From the human T2T-CHM13v2.0 reference genome, Homo sapiens, in assembly GCF_009914755.1 (NCBI RefSeq), contig NC_060927.1: a DNA stretch of 64,000 nt, one strand, 5' to 3'. Made by a program: the position numbers and the translations under genes. Shown here one piece after another: positions 1-16,022 of this stretch (position 1 is its first letter; each line of letters begins with the position of its first letter). Below the pieces are notes generated by a model. It was not told the DNA's origin. It worked only from the letters and a program-made list of their open reading frames with translations, and made no database searches.

Positions 1-760
1 GTCACAGAGATAATTCTAGCTTTGAGCTTAAGAATTTTGAGCAGGTGGTATGTTTGGGAGACTGCTGAGTCAACCCAATAGTTGTTGATTGGCAGGAGTT
101 GGAAGTGTGTGATCTGTGGGCACATTAGCCTATGTGCATGCAGCATCTAAGTAATGATGTCGTTTGAATCACAGTATACGCTCCATCGCTGTCATCTCAG
201 CTGGATCTCCATTCTCTCAGGCTTGCTGCCAAAAGCCTTTTGTGTTTTGTTTTGTATCATTATGAAGTCATGCGTTTAATCACATTCGAGTGTTTCAGTG
301 CTTCGCAGATGTCCTTGATGCTCATATTGTTCCCTATTTTGCCAGTGGGAACTCCTAAATCAAGTTGGCTTCTAATCAAAGCTTTTAAACCCTATTGGTA
401 AAGAATGGAAGGTGGAGAAGCTCCCTGAAGTAAGCAAAGACTTTCCTCTTAGTCGAGCCAAGTTAAGAATGTTCTTATGTTGCCCAGTGTGTTTCTGATC
501 TGATGCAAGCAAGAAACACTGGGCTTCTAGAACCAGGCAACTTGGGAACTAGACTCCCAAGCTGGACTATGGCTCTACTTTCAGGCCACATGGCTAAAGA
601 AGGTTTCAGAAAGAAGTGGGGACAGAGCAGAACTTTCACCTTCATATATTTGTATGATCCTAATGAATGCATAAAATGTTAAGTTGATGGTGATGAAATG
701 TAAATACTGTTTTTAACAACTATGATTTGGAAAATAAATCAATGCTATAACTATGTTGAT
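1..760 (+). other. CCR2: Distal 3' UTR of CCR2 (long isoform), ending after a poly(A) signal
   Basis: AATAAA at 733-738 followed by a GT-rich tract (about 780-825). Position about 12 kb upstream of the CCR5 ATG fits the known CCR2-CCR5 order. No CCR2 coding sequence is in the window. Confidence 0.75.
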
Positions 761-839
761 AAAAGATTTAAAAACAACTGGCTGTTTTTTTACACTGTGG
801 TGTGGAAGATTGTGTTGTGTTCACAACTTTTCACTTCTT

Positions 840-1135
840 CCCCTGTGTGATTACACACACCTGCCCTTGTGTGACTTGCAGTGCGCCCTACAGGCCACAC
901 ACCCCACGCCCTCCACCACTGGCTCTGCTGCTGGAATGTGAGCAGAAGTGACATCTGCCTCATCCAAGCGGAGCCTCTTGCTCAGCCACAGGAAGGCCCA
1001 TTCCAGATCACACCCGTCAGCCCGTGCGCCCTGGTGAATGAGAAGACACAGGGAGCTGCAGCCACATATAACATGAGCAAGAAGTCTGTGTTTGCTGTGA
1101 TAAGCCACTGAGTTTTAGGGGTTGTTTGTTAAGAA
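840..1135 (+). mobile_element. Old MaLR (MLT1-type) LTR fragment
   Basis: Ends with the typical MLT1 3' motif tgtg..taagccactgagttttaggggttgtttgtta; boundaries approximate. Confidence 0.5.
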
Positions 1136-1530
1136 GCACAAAAACCGATTAAGACATGTGGTATATAGTGACTTCATATATAGAATCTGGAAAACTATCC
1201 ATTTATTTTCAATCATGGAATTCAATATGACAAGCATCCCGGAGGGTCTACCTATGCCAGACTGGGTTGGAAACAGAAAGACAGATGTTAATGCCAGTGT
1301 CCTTTACACCTCCAAGTCCAGGGCCAGCTGTGGAGTGGGAGGGGTAGAGAAGGTCCTGTGCACAGTCACAGTGCGCTGTGCAGAGCAGGAACAGAGGCAT
1401 CTGTGAAAAGTGCTGAGAGCCTGGAGGACAGAGTGACTAATGCAATGACAGTCTTGCATCATAGGAATAACAGCCACAGCAGGATTTTATTGCTGCCAAA
1501 GAAACTGCCATTTAAAAATTGCCAGCCATC

Positions 1531-1652
1531 CGGGAGGCTGAGGCAGGAGAATGGCATGAATCCAGGAGGCGGAGCTTGCAGTGAGCCGAGATCGGGCCAC
1601 TGCACTCCAGCCTGGGCAACAGAGCCAGACTCCATCTCAAAAAAAAAAAAAA
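1531..1652 (+). mobile_element. 5'-truncated Alu (AluY-like right-arm end) with poly(A) and TSD
   Basis: gggaggctgaggcaggagaatggcatgaa..gcttgcagtgagccgagatc..ctcc atctc(A)n; flanked by aaaaattgccagccatc / aaaaatgccaaccatc. Confidence 0.9.
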
Positions 1653-2170
1653 TGCCAACCATCTCTCTTTCTAAAGTGGAATCCTCAAGTCTCGTTTATT
1701 CTGGGGACATTTGAGTAGGCTGTTCGAGTTAAGCAGGTGGAAGATGATGATCCCTCATCATCATTCTGAGGGATGAGTGTCTGAAGACTTTTTGGTAAGG
1801 AAGGGTCTTGGCATAGCCCACCCCATGCCACCTCCCTTGATCTGTGATATCCCCAGCAGCTGGGGAGGTTGGAGCATTTTGCAAAGAGGCCCCGAAGCCT
1901 CCAGAAAGTAAACCTTCAAGAGCCCATCCTTCCTTCCTCTTTTGTTTTTGCTCATTATGAAAACTTCCCTGACAAATTGAAAAGGCTTCAGGTGAGATTA
2001 GCCCACAGGAAAAACCACCAAGGGCCACCCAGAGGGGCCACACTGTGACAGAAGGAGTATGGGCTGGTGAGCTGACCTCTGGAAGACAGTGCATGAATTG
2101 AGGAGAAGAGATTGGTTCCAGGCATGGGAGGAATGAGGCTGGAAATTTCTTCAGACATTGCCACTTCGGC

Positions 2171-2174
<4 letters not shown>

Positions 2175-2221
<47 letters not shown>
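2175..2221. repeat. (TG)n microsatellite, about 23 units
   Basis: Uninterrupted TG run. Confidence 0.98.
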
Positions 2222-2224
<3 letters not shown>

Positions 2225-2672
2225 CAGAGTCCTGTAATGCAAGGTCCGGCCTTGGCAGCCCCAGCCTGGAGCCACAGTGAGATGTGAGCCGAGGGTTATG
2301 CTGGGAAAAACCTCTCCCTCCCAGCACCTGAAAGGCTCTGCAGGCCCAGCAGCTCAGCAAGCAAGGGTAAGGGCATGGACTAACATCTTATTTCATACTA
2401 TCCCTTATAACACATCCTAATGTAATCAGCTCACAATATGAAATTATTTCATTTCTCTCCAGTCATTGTTTCAATGGGGCCTTAGGGTTGACTGGATTCT
2501 GGAGGGCCCTGCCTAGAGGAGGGGGTGCATTCTGTCCCTATGTCCCCTCCTGCTCCATCCTCCACAGCACGTGCCTAGTGGTCTACCTTGTGGGGAATTC
2601 TTGTACCTCCCTCTTCTAGGCATGGACTAGCATTGAGAAGTGGGAGAGGAGTGTTAGGAAAAAGGGCAAATA

Positions 2673-5417
<2,745 letters not shown>

Positions 5418-6789
5418 AACCTCTTTAGCTAACTGGCCACTGCCACAGTCCACTCTGTGTTGGTCAAGATGCCCCAGAGTGGCAGGCACACTGTGTGGTC
5501 ACATCCAAGGGCCTAGATATGGTGGGGGCTCCAAATGGATCTAGATATGTGAGATCTCTCTTTGATTTGACTTCTTCCAACCCACCATTTTCTGGGTGCT
5601 GGGCTCATCTCACCCAGAAAGTAGGACCCAATGTGACAGTTCCTGCCCAGTTCCCTCCTGTGGTAGCCACTTGACCCAGGGGCACTCTTGATCCTTGCAG
5701 CCTCACTTACACACCCTATCTCTACCCCTATTAACTCTCTCCAATCCCCACTCCCCCTGCTCAGCTTGTCTGCTGCCCAGTGGGGGCCCCACCCATGCTG
5801 GCCTCTCCTTTTGCAAGTCCCCATTCCTCATATGGTTTCTTCAGAGCCCCTTTCTTTGGCTTTGAGGAGAGATGCCCTCACTCGCTTCCCCACCAATCCT
5901 GCCCACTTCTACAATCCATTCATTATCCTAATTGCCTCCGTATACAGACTGGAGTGAGAGGAGTTGATGTGATGGGTGTGGATACAGGGCTGGTGCTGTC
6001 ATCTTCTAGTAAGCCCTGGGAGAGGTGTCTGAGCCCAGGTGTCAGTGGTTTTCTTTGGAACTGTGAGTGCATAACACTTCTTTGCCTTCAGCCTTAGGCC
6101 ATAGTTGCTAGTTCTGGGACAACCAGAAAAGCCCTACATAATCTCGTGTTATGTGCAGAGCTGAGTATAGAGCTCCAGGTATGATCTGACTCACTTAAGA
6201 TCACAGTGAGTCTATTGTATTGTTGAACTGTTAGCTTAGACATCTGTTACTGTACCTACATGGCACTAGCCTCACGCCTAGACACCGATCTGAAAGAAAT
6301 CCCCTAAATGCATAGAGAAGACTTCTCAGCTGAGCTAAGGGGCTCCCACCAGGTTTGAGCCTATCTAATGAATCCATGAGGTAGACAGCCTGCACATGTC
6401 CACTTGGTTTGATGAATTGCACAAATCCCTATGGGGGATGTGGTTCATGGGCTGGGAAGTGGGTTACCCTGGGAAAGGTCTACAGGACAGAGGCAGGGAT
6501 GGAGACAACAGCATGGTGAGTTCCCAACCCACCCACGATGATAGGTGTCTGAGGCAGAAGGTAAAGAGGCTGTCACCTGGTGGGTGTCATAAGACTCAAG
6601 TGTCATTGTTGAGGCACATGGGTAACAAAGCGTGGCACTGGATGGGGGTAGATTCTTCCTATTTCTGTGAGGATCAGGGGGACTCCCTGGCTCTCCTGCT
6701 AAAGGTGGCTCTAGGGACAGGAAGAGTGTACTTCTTGACAGGGATGTCAGAGCACTGATGGTGACAATCAGTGTGACACTGCTCACATG

Positions 6790-6848
6790 ACTGAACAACC
6801 GAGAAGAGCCCGACTGTCTACTGAACAACGGGAAGAGCCCGACTGTCA
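6790..6848. repeat. Two-copy tandem duplication, about 30 bp unit
   Basis: actgaacaaccgagaagagcccgactgtct followed by actgaacaacgggaagagcccgactgtca. Confidence 0.9.
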
Positions 6849-7405
6849 ATGACGGAGCTCTGTTAAATATAGTTAAGGCTATTTTGTTGAATGAATGAAG
6901 CCAGACAGGAAAGAGGACAGTATCTTTAATCCATTTATAGAAGTTAAAGACAGGCTTATTTAATCTCTATGAAGACAGAGTGGCCCTTACCTCTGGGTGG
7001 AGCAAAAGGCACCTTCTGAAGTGATAGGGATGTTCCTTATCATCTTGATCCGGAGTGGTAGTTACATGCATGTGTGCATATCAAAACTCACCAAGCTGTA
7101 CCACTAAGTGTGTTCTTCCTCAATAAAAATAATAAAGAACTACACTTATAAAGAATTTTTTAATAATATAGGAAAATGTCTACACTATAATCTTTAGCTA
7201 AAAAAAAAAAAAAAAGAAGCCGCCTACAGAATGGTATATGCATGAGAACAATTAATCGAAAAGTGCATGGGAAAAGTCAGGATTGAAACATCATGTTTTA
7301 AAAGACATTGTTTTGATACTGTGAGAATGTACCTAAGTTTTTCCTTTTTTCTGTTTTTCCCAATTTTATACAATGAGCATGTGTTGGTTTTATAATTAGA
7401 CATTT

Positions 7406-7705
7406 TGTTTGTTTGGTTTGGTTTTGAGACACAGCTTGCTGTCACCCAGGTTGGAGTGCAATGGCCCAATCTTGGTTCACTGCAACCTCCATCTCCTGGG
7501 TTCAAGAGATTCTCCCACTTCAGCCTCCTGAGTAGCTGGGACTATAGGGGCGCACCACCACATCCAGCTAATTTTGTGTATTTTTAGTAGAGATGGGGTT
7601 TCACCATGCTGGCCAGGTTGGTCTCAAACTCCTGACCTCAAGTTATCCACTCGCCTTGGCTTCCCAAAGTGCTGGGATTATAGGCATGAGCCACCGCACT
7701 TGGCC
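7406..7705 (-). mobile_element. Alu (S-type)
   Basis: Full Alu on minus strand; TSD tagacattt at 7397-7405 and 7706-7714. Confidence 0.92.
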
Positions 7706-8514
7706 TAGACATTTGTTTTTAAAAATAAAAGATTCATTTGCTCTTTTTACAGCCCGTCTCACTGTTGACTGATATTGACCAGGAGTCAACTCAGGCCCCA
7801 GGGATTTTCACAACAGCTGCTGTATGGCAGGGTTTCTGCTCACTGTGCTCATGTAGTTGGCCCTTGCACCCAAAGTGAATAATTAACATTCTCCCCATCC
7901 TGTTGACGATGCTCTGAAAATATGGTCCAGAAATGGTGTGAGCAAGGAGACAGCAAAGCAATGCTTGGAACATAGGTGCAGTGACTAGACATGGGGCAGC
8001 TGTTTAAAGACAAAAAGGCCCCAAAAAGGAGGGATGGCACGAAACACCCTCCAATATGGGCATGGAGTCTAGAGTGACAAAGTGATCAAAAGTTCATTTC
8101 CTATGGGGTGTCCGAATGTACTTAATAATAAAAAGAGAACAAGAGCCATGCAAACTGAGAGGGACAAAGTAGAAAGAGTAGCAGACACCAAGCAACTAAG
8201 TCACAGCATGATAAGCTGCTAGCTTGTTGTCATTATTGTATCCAGAACAACATTTCATTTAAATGCTGAAGAATTTCCCATGGGTCCCCACTTTCTTGTG
8301 AATCCTTGGGCTGAACCCCCCTGTCCTGAGTGGTTACTAGAACACACCTCTGGACCAGAAACACAAAAGTGGAGTAACGCACACTGCAAAGCTGTGCTTC
8401 CTTGTTTCAGCCTGTGAATCCTCACCTTGTTTCCCATCTAGCCTATATTTTTCAAACTAACTTGGCCATAGAATCATGTAGTATTTAGGGTGGAAGCTGC
8501 CCCAGGTCTAGCAC

Positions 8515-8615
8515 GTCATTTAACAGATGAGGAAATGGAAGCTTGGGCAGTGGAAGTATCTTGCCGAGGTCACACAGCAAGTCAGCAGCACAGCGTGTGT
8601 GACTCCGAGCCTGCT
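8515..8615. mobile_element. MIR fragment
   Basis: MIR core catttaacagatgaggaaatggaagct..cttgccgaggtcacacagc. Confidence 0.6.
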
Positions 8616-9504
8616 CCGCTAGCCCACATTGCCCTCTGGGGGTGAGTATGTCTTCACATCCTCCAATACCCTAATGACAGACAAACAGAACATGGCAAAG
8701 CCTCAGCTCTGCATGGTGAAAGTAAGAACCAGCAATTGCCACAAACAGAAATACAGTGTTGGTCCGGCAGCCTCCGGGGGTTCTGCACAAGTGGATTACC
8801 AGTGAATACAAGGCTATCTATCTTTCGAAAAACCAAAGTTGTATTTATGCTATCTATTTTCTATAAAATTTTATATTAATTTATTTGTTACCTATTTTTG
8901 AACTCTTTCAAAAGCACACTTTATATTTCCCTGCTTAAACAGTCCCCCGAGGGTGGGTGCCCAAAAGGCTCTACACTTGTTATCATTCCCTCTCCACCAC
9001 AGGCATATTGAGTAAGTTTGTATTTGGGTTTTTTTAAAACCTCCACTCTACAGTTAAGAAAACTAAGGCACAGAGCTTCAATAATTTGGTCAGAGCCAAG
9101 TAGCAGTAATGAAGCTGGAGGTTAAACCCAGCAGCATGACTGCAGTTCTTAATCAATGCCTTTTGAATTGCACATATGGGATGAACTAGAACATTTTCTC
9201 GATGATTCGCTGTCCTTGTTATGATTATGTTACTGAGCTCTGTTGTAGCACAGACATATGTCCCTATATGGGGCGGGGGTGGGGGTGTCTTGATCGCTGG
9301 GCTATTTCTATACTGTTCTGGCTTTTCCCAAGCAGTCATTTCTTTCTATTCTCCAAGCACCAGCAATTAGCTTTACCTTTTCAGCTTCTAGTTTGCTGAA
9401 ACTAATCTGCTATAGACAGAGACTCCGGTGAACCAATTTTATTAGGATTTGATCAAATAAACTCTCTCTGACAAAGGACTGCTGAAAGAGTAACTAAGAG
9501 TTTG

Positions 9505-9660
9505 ATGTTTACTGAGTGCATAGTATGTGCTAGATGCTGGCCGTGGATGCCTCATAGAATCCTCCCAACAACTCATGAAATGACTACTGTCATTCAGCCC
9601 AATACCCAGACGAGAAAGCTGAGGGTAAGACAGGTTTCAAGCTTGGCAGTCTGACTACAG
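9505..9660. mobile_element. MIR fragment in the CCR5 upstream promoter region
   Basis: tgtttactgagtgc..tatgtgctagatgctg..aatcctcccaacaactc..cagacgagaaagctgagg. Confidence 0.55.
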
Positions 9661-9975
9661 AGGCCACTGGCTTAGCCCCTGGGTTAGTCTGCCTCTGTAG
9701 GATTGGGGGCACGTAATTTTGCTGTTTGGGGTCTCATTTGCCTTCTTAGAGATCACAAGCCAAAGCTTTTTATTCTAGAGCCAAGGTCACGGAAGCCCAG
9801 AGGGCATCTTGTGGCTCGGGAGTAGCTCTCTGCTGTCTTCTCAGCTCTGCTGACAATACTTGAGATTTTCAGATGTCACCAACCGCCAAGAGAGCTTGAT
9901 ATGACTGTATATAGTATAGTCATAAAGAACCTGAACTTGACCATATACTTATGTCATGTGGAAAATTTCTCATAG

Positions 9976-10032
9976 CTTCAGATAGATTATATCTGGAGTG
10001 AAGAATCCTGCCACCTATGTATCTGGCATAGT
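9976..10032 (+). other. CCR5: CCR5 non-coding exon 1 (57 bp)
   Basis: Matches the known CCR5 mRNA 5' end (cttcagatagattatatctgg..); donor gtgagt at 10033. Confidence 0.85.
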
Positions 10033-10822
10033 GTGAGTCCTCATAAATGCTTACTGGTTTGAAGGGCAACAAAATAGTGAACAGAGTGAAAATCCCCACT
10101 AAGATCCTGGGTCCAGAAAAAGATGGGAAACCTGTTTAGCTCACCCGTGAGCCCATAGTTAAAACTCTTTAGACAACAGGTTGTTTCCGTTTACAGAGAA
10201 CAATAATATTGGGTGGTGAGCATCTGTGTGGGGGTTGGGGTGGGATAGGGGATACGGGGAGAGTGGAGAAAAAGGGGACACAGGGTTAATGTGAAGTCCA
10301 GGATCCCCCTCTACATTTAAAGTTGGTTTAAGTTGGCTTTAATTAATAGCAACTCTTAAGATAATCAGAATTTTCTTAACCTTTTAGCCTTACTGTTGAA
10401 AAGCCCTGTGATCTTGTACAAATCATTTGCTTCTTGGATAGTAATTTCTTTTACTAAAATGTGGGCTTTTGACTAGATGAATGTAAATGTTCTTCTAGCT
10501 CTGATATCCTTTATTCTTTATATTTTCTAACAGATTCTGTGTAGTGGGATGAGCAGAGAACAAAAACAAAATAATCCAGTGAGAAAAGCCCGTAAATAAA
10601 CCTTCAGACCAGAGATCTATTCTCTAGCTTATTTTAAGCTCAACTTAAAAAGAAGAACTGTTCTCTGATTCTTTTCGCCTTCAATACACTTAATGATTTA
10701 ACTCCACCCTCCTTCAAAAGAAACAGCATTTCCTACTTTTATACTGTCTATATGATTGATTTGCACAGCTCATCTGGCCAGAAGAGCTGAGACATCCGTT
10801 CCCCTACAAGAAACTCTCCCCG
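10033..10822 (+). promoter_or_regulatory. CCR5: CCR5 downstream promoter (intron 1 plus exon 2) carrying the classical promoter SNP positions
   Basis: Established CCR5 two-promoter architecture; SNP positions counted back from the ATG at 12737 fall on expected alleles. Confidence 0.75.
10534..10822 (+). other. CCR5: CCR5 non-coding exon 2 (2A 10534-10768, 2B 10769-10822)
   Basis: Acceptor ttttctaacag at 10533, internal acceptor tttgcacag at 10768, donor gtaagt at 10823. Confidence 0.85.
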
Positions 10823-11779
10823 GTAAGTAACCTCTCAGCTGCTTGGCCTGTTAGTTAGCTTCTGAGATGAGTAAAAGACTTTACAGGAAACCCATAGAAG
10901 ACATTTGGCAAACACCAAGTGCTCATACAATTATCTTAAAATATAATCTTTAAGATAAGGAAAGGGTCACAGTTTGGAATGAGTTTCAGACGGTTATAAC
11001 ATCAAAGATACAAAACATGATTGTGAGTGAAAGACTTTAAAGGGAGCAATAGTATTTTAATAACTAACAATCCTTACCTCTCAAAAGAAAGATTTGCAGA
11101 GAGATGAGTCTTAGCTGAAATCTTGAAATCTTATCTTCTGCTAAGGAGAACTAAACCCTCTCCAGTGAGATGCCTTCTGAATATGTGCCCACAAGAAGTT
11201 GTGTCTAAGTCTGGTTCTCTTTTTTCTTTTTCCTCCAGACAAGAGGGAAGCCTAAAAATGGTCAAAATTAATATTAAATTACAAACGCCAAATAAAATTT
11301 TCCTCTAATATATCAGTTTCATGGCACAGTTAGTATATAATTCTTTATGGTTCAAAATTAAAAATGAGCTTTTCTAGGGGCTTCTCTCAGCTGCCTAGTC
11401 TAAGGTGCAGGGAGTTTGAGACTCACAGGGTTTAATAAGAGAAAATTCTCAGCTAGAGCAGCTGAACTTAAATAGACTAGGCAAGACAGCTGGTTATAAG
11501 ACTAAACTACCCAGAATGCATGACATTCATCTGTGGTGGCAGACGAAACATTTTTTATTATATTATTTCTTGGGTATGTATGACAACTCTTAATTGTGGC
11601 AACTCAGAAACTACAAACACAAACTTCACAGAAAATGTGAGGATTTTACAATTGGCTGTTGTCATCTATGACCTTCCCTGGGACTTGGGCACCCGGCCAT
11701 TTCACTCTGACTACATCATGTCACCAAACATCTGATGGTCTTGCCTTTTAATTCTCTTTTCGAGGACTGAGAGGGAGGG

Positions 11780-11990
11780 TAGCATGGTAGTTAAGAGTGC
11801 AGGCTTCCCGCATTCAAAATCGGTTGCTTACTAGCTGTGTGGCTTTGAGCAAGTTACTCACCCTCTCTGTGCTTCAAGGTCCTTGTCTGCAAAATGTGAA
11901 AAATATTTCCTGCCTCATAAGGTTGCCCTAAGGATTAAATGAATGAATGGGTATGATGCTTAGAACAGTGATTGGCATCCAGTATGTGCC
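11780..11990 (+). mobile_element. MIR in CCR5 intron 2
   Basis: gtagcatggtagttaagagtgcaggct..cttactagctgtgtggctttgagcaagttactcaccctctctgtgcttc..ctgcaaaatg. Confidence 0.7.
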
Positions 11991-12083
11991 CTCGAGGCCT
12001 CTTAATTATTACTGGCTTGCTCATAGTGCATGTTCTTTGTGGGCTAACTCTAGCGTCAATAAAAATGTTAAGACTGAGTTGCA

Positions 12084-12387
12084 GCCGGGCATGGTGGCTC
12101 ATGCCTGTAATCCCAGCATTCTAGGAGGCTGAGGCAGGAGGATCGCTTGAGCCCAGGAGTTCGAGACCAGCCTGGGCAACATAGTGTGATCTTGTATCTA
12201 TAAAAATAAACAAAATTAGCTTGGTGTGGTGGCGCCTGTAGTCCCCAGCCACTTGGAGGGGTGAGGTGAGAGGATTGCTTGAGCCCGGGATGGTCCAGGC
12301 TGCAGTGAGCCATGATCGTGCCACTGCACTCCAGCCTGGGCGACAGAGTGAGACCCTGTCTCACAACAACAACAACAACAACAAAAA
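12084..12387 (+). mobile_element. AluJ in CCR5 intron 2 with (CAA)n tail
   Basis: Full Alu; degenerate TSD aagactgagttgca / aaggctgagctgca. Confidence 0.92.
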
Positions 12388-12700
12388 GGCTGAGCTGCAC
12401 CATGCTTGACCCAGTTTCTTAAAATTGTTGTCAAAGCTTCATTCACTCCATGGTGCTATAGAGCACAAGATTTTATTTGGTGAGATGGTGCTTTCATGAA
12501 TTCCCCCAACAGAGCCAAGCTCTCCATCTAGTGGACAGGGAAGCTAGCAGCAAACCTTCCCTTCACTACAAAACTTCATTGCTTGGCCAAAAAGAGAGTT
12601 AATTCAATGTAGACATCTATGTAGGCAATTAAAAACCTATTGATGTATAAAACAGTTTGCATTCATGGAGGGCAACTAAATACATTCTAGGACTTTATAA

Positions 12701-13795
<1,095 letters not shown>

Positions 13796-14714
13796 CACGG
13801 ACTCAAGTGGGCTGGTGACCCAGTCAGAGTTGTGCACATGGCTTAGTTTTCATACACAGCCTGGGCTGGGGGTGGGGTGGGAGAGGTCTTTTTTAAAAGG
13901 AAGTTACTGTTATAGAGGGTCTAAGATTCATCCATTTATTTGGCATCTGTTTAAAGTAGATTAGATCTTTTAAGCCCATCAATTATAGAAAGCCAAATCA
14001 AAATATGTTGATGAAAAATAGCAACCTTTTTATCTCCCCTTCACATGCATCAAGTTATTGACAAACTCTCCCTTCACTCCGAAAGTTCCTTATGTATATT
14101 TAAAAGAAAGCCTCAGAGAATTGCTGATTCTTGAGTTTAGTGATCTGAACAGAAATACCAAAATTATTTCAGAAATGTACAACTTTTTACCTAGTACAAG
14201 GCAACATATAGGTTGTAAATGTGTTTAAAACAGGTCTTTGTCTTGCTATGGGGAGAAAAGACATGAATATGATTAGTAAAGAAATGACACTTTTCATGTG
14301 TGATTTCCCCTCCAAGGTATGGTTAATAAGTTTCACTGACTTAGAACCAGGCGAGAGACTTGTGGCCTGGGAGAGCTGGGGAAGCTTCTTAAATGAGAAG
14401 GAATTTGAGTTGGATCATCTATTGCTGGCAAAGACAGAAGCCTCACTGCAAGCACTGCATGGGCAAGCTTGGCTGTAGAAGGAGACAGAGCTGGTTGGGA
14501 AGACATGGGGAGGAAGGACAAGGCTAGATCATGAAGAACCTTGACGGCATTGCTCCGTCTAAGTCATGAGCTGAGCAGGGAGATCCTGGTTGGTGTTGCA
14601 GAAGGTTTACTCTGTGGCCAAAGGAGGGTCAGGAAGGATGAGCATTTAGGGCAAGGAGACCACCAACAGCCCTCAGGTCAGGGTGAGGATGGCCTCTGCT
14701 AAGCTCAAGGCGTG

Positions 14715-14767
14715 AGGATGGGAAGGAGGGAGGTATTCGTAAGGATGGGAAGGAGGGAGGTATTCGT
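14715..14767. repeat. Perfect 26-bp tandem duplication in the CCR5 3' UTR
   Basis: aggatgggaaggagggaggtattcgt at 14715-14740 and 14742-14767. Confidence 0.95.
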
Positions 14768-16016
14768 GCAGCATATGAGGATGCAGAGTCAGCAGAACTG
14801 GGGTGGATTTGGGTTGGAAGTGAGGGTCAGAGAGGAGTCAGAGAGAATCCCTAGTCTTCAAGCAGATTGGAGAAACCCTTGAAAAGACATCAAGCACAGA
14901 AGGAGGAGGAGGAGGTTTAGGTCAAGAAGAAGATGGATTGGTGTAAAAGGATGGGTCTGGTTTGCAGAGCTTGAACACAGTCTCACCCAGACTCCAGGCT
15001 GTCTTTCACTGAATGCTTCTGACTTCATAGATTTCCTTCCCATCCCAGCTGAAATACTGAGGGGTCTCCAGGAGGAGACTAGATTTATGAATACACGAGG
15101 TATGAGGTCTAGGAACATACTTCAGCTCACACATGAGATCTAGGTGAGGATTGATTACCTAGTAGTCATTTCATGGGTTGTTGGGAGGATTCTATGAGGC
15201 AACCACAGGCAGCATTTAGCACATACTACACATTCAATAAGCATCAAACTCTTAGTTACTCATTCAGGGATAGCACTGAGCAAAGCATTGAGCAAAGGGG
15301 TCCCATAGAGGTGAGGGAAGCCTGAAAAACTAAGATGCTGCCTGCCCAGTGCACACAAGTGTAGGTATCATTTTCTGCATTTAACCGTCAATAGGCAAAG
15401 GGGGGAAGGGACATATTCATTTGGAAATAAGCTGCCTTGAGCCTTAAAACCCACAAAAGTACAATTTACCAGCCTCCGTATTTCAGACTGAATGGGGGTG
15501 GGGGGGGCGCCTTAGGTACTTATTCCAGATGCCTTCTCCAGACAAACCAGAAGCAACAGAAAAAATCGTCTCTCCCTCCCTTTGAAATGAATATACCCCT
15601 TAGTGTTTGGGTATATTCATTTCAAAGGGAGAGAGAGAGGTTTTTTTCTGTTCTGTCTCATATGATTGTGCACATACTTGAGACTGTTTTGAATTTGGGG
15701 GATGGCTAAAACCATCATAGTACAGGTAAGGTGAGGGAATAGTAAGTGGTGAGAACTACTCAGGGAATGAAGGTGTCAGAATAATAAGAGGTGCTACTGA
15801 CTTTCTCAGCCTCTGAATATGAACGGTGAGCATTGTGGCTGTCAGCAGGAAGCAACGAAGGGAAATGTCTTTCCTTTTGCTCTTAAGTTGTGGAGAGTGC
15901 AACAGTAGCATAGGACCCTACCCTCTGGGCCAAGTCAAAGACATTCTGACATCTTAGTATTTGCATATTCTTATGTATGTGAAAGTTACAAATTGCTTGA
16001 AAGAAAATATGCATCT

Positions 16017-16022
16017 AATAAA
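16017..16022 (+). terminator. CCR5: CCR5 polyadenylation signal
   Basis: AATAAA followed by T-rich downstream sequence. Confidence 0.8.
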
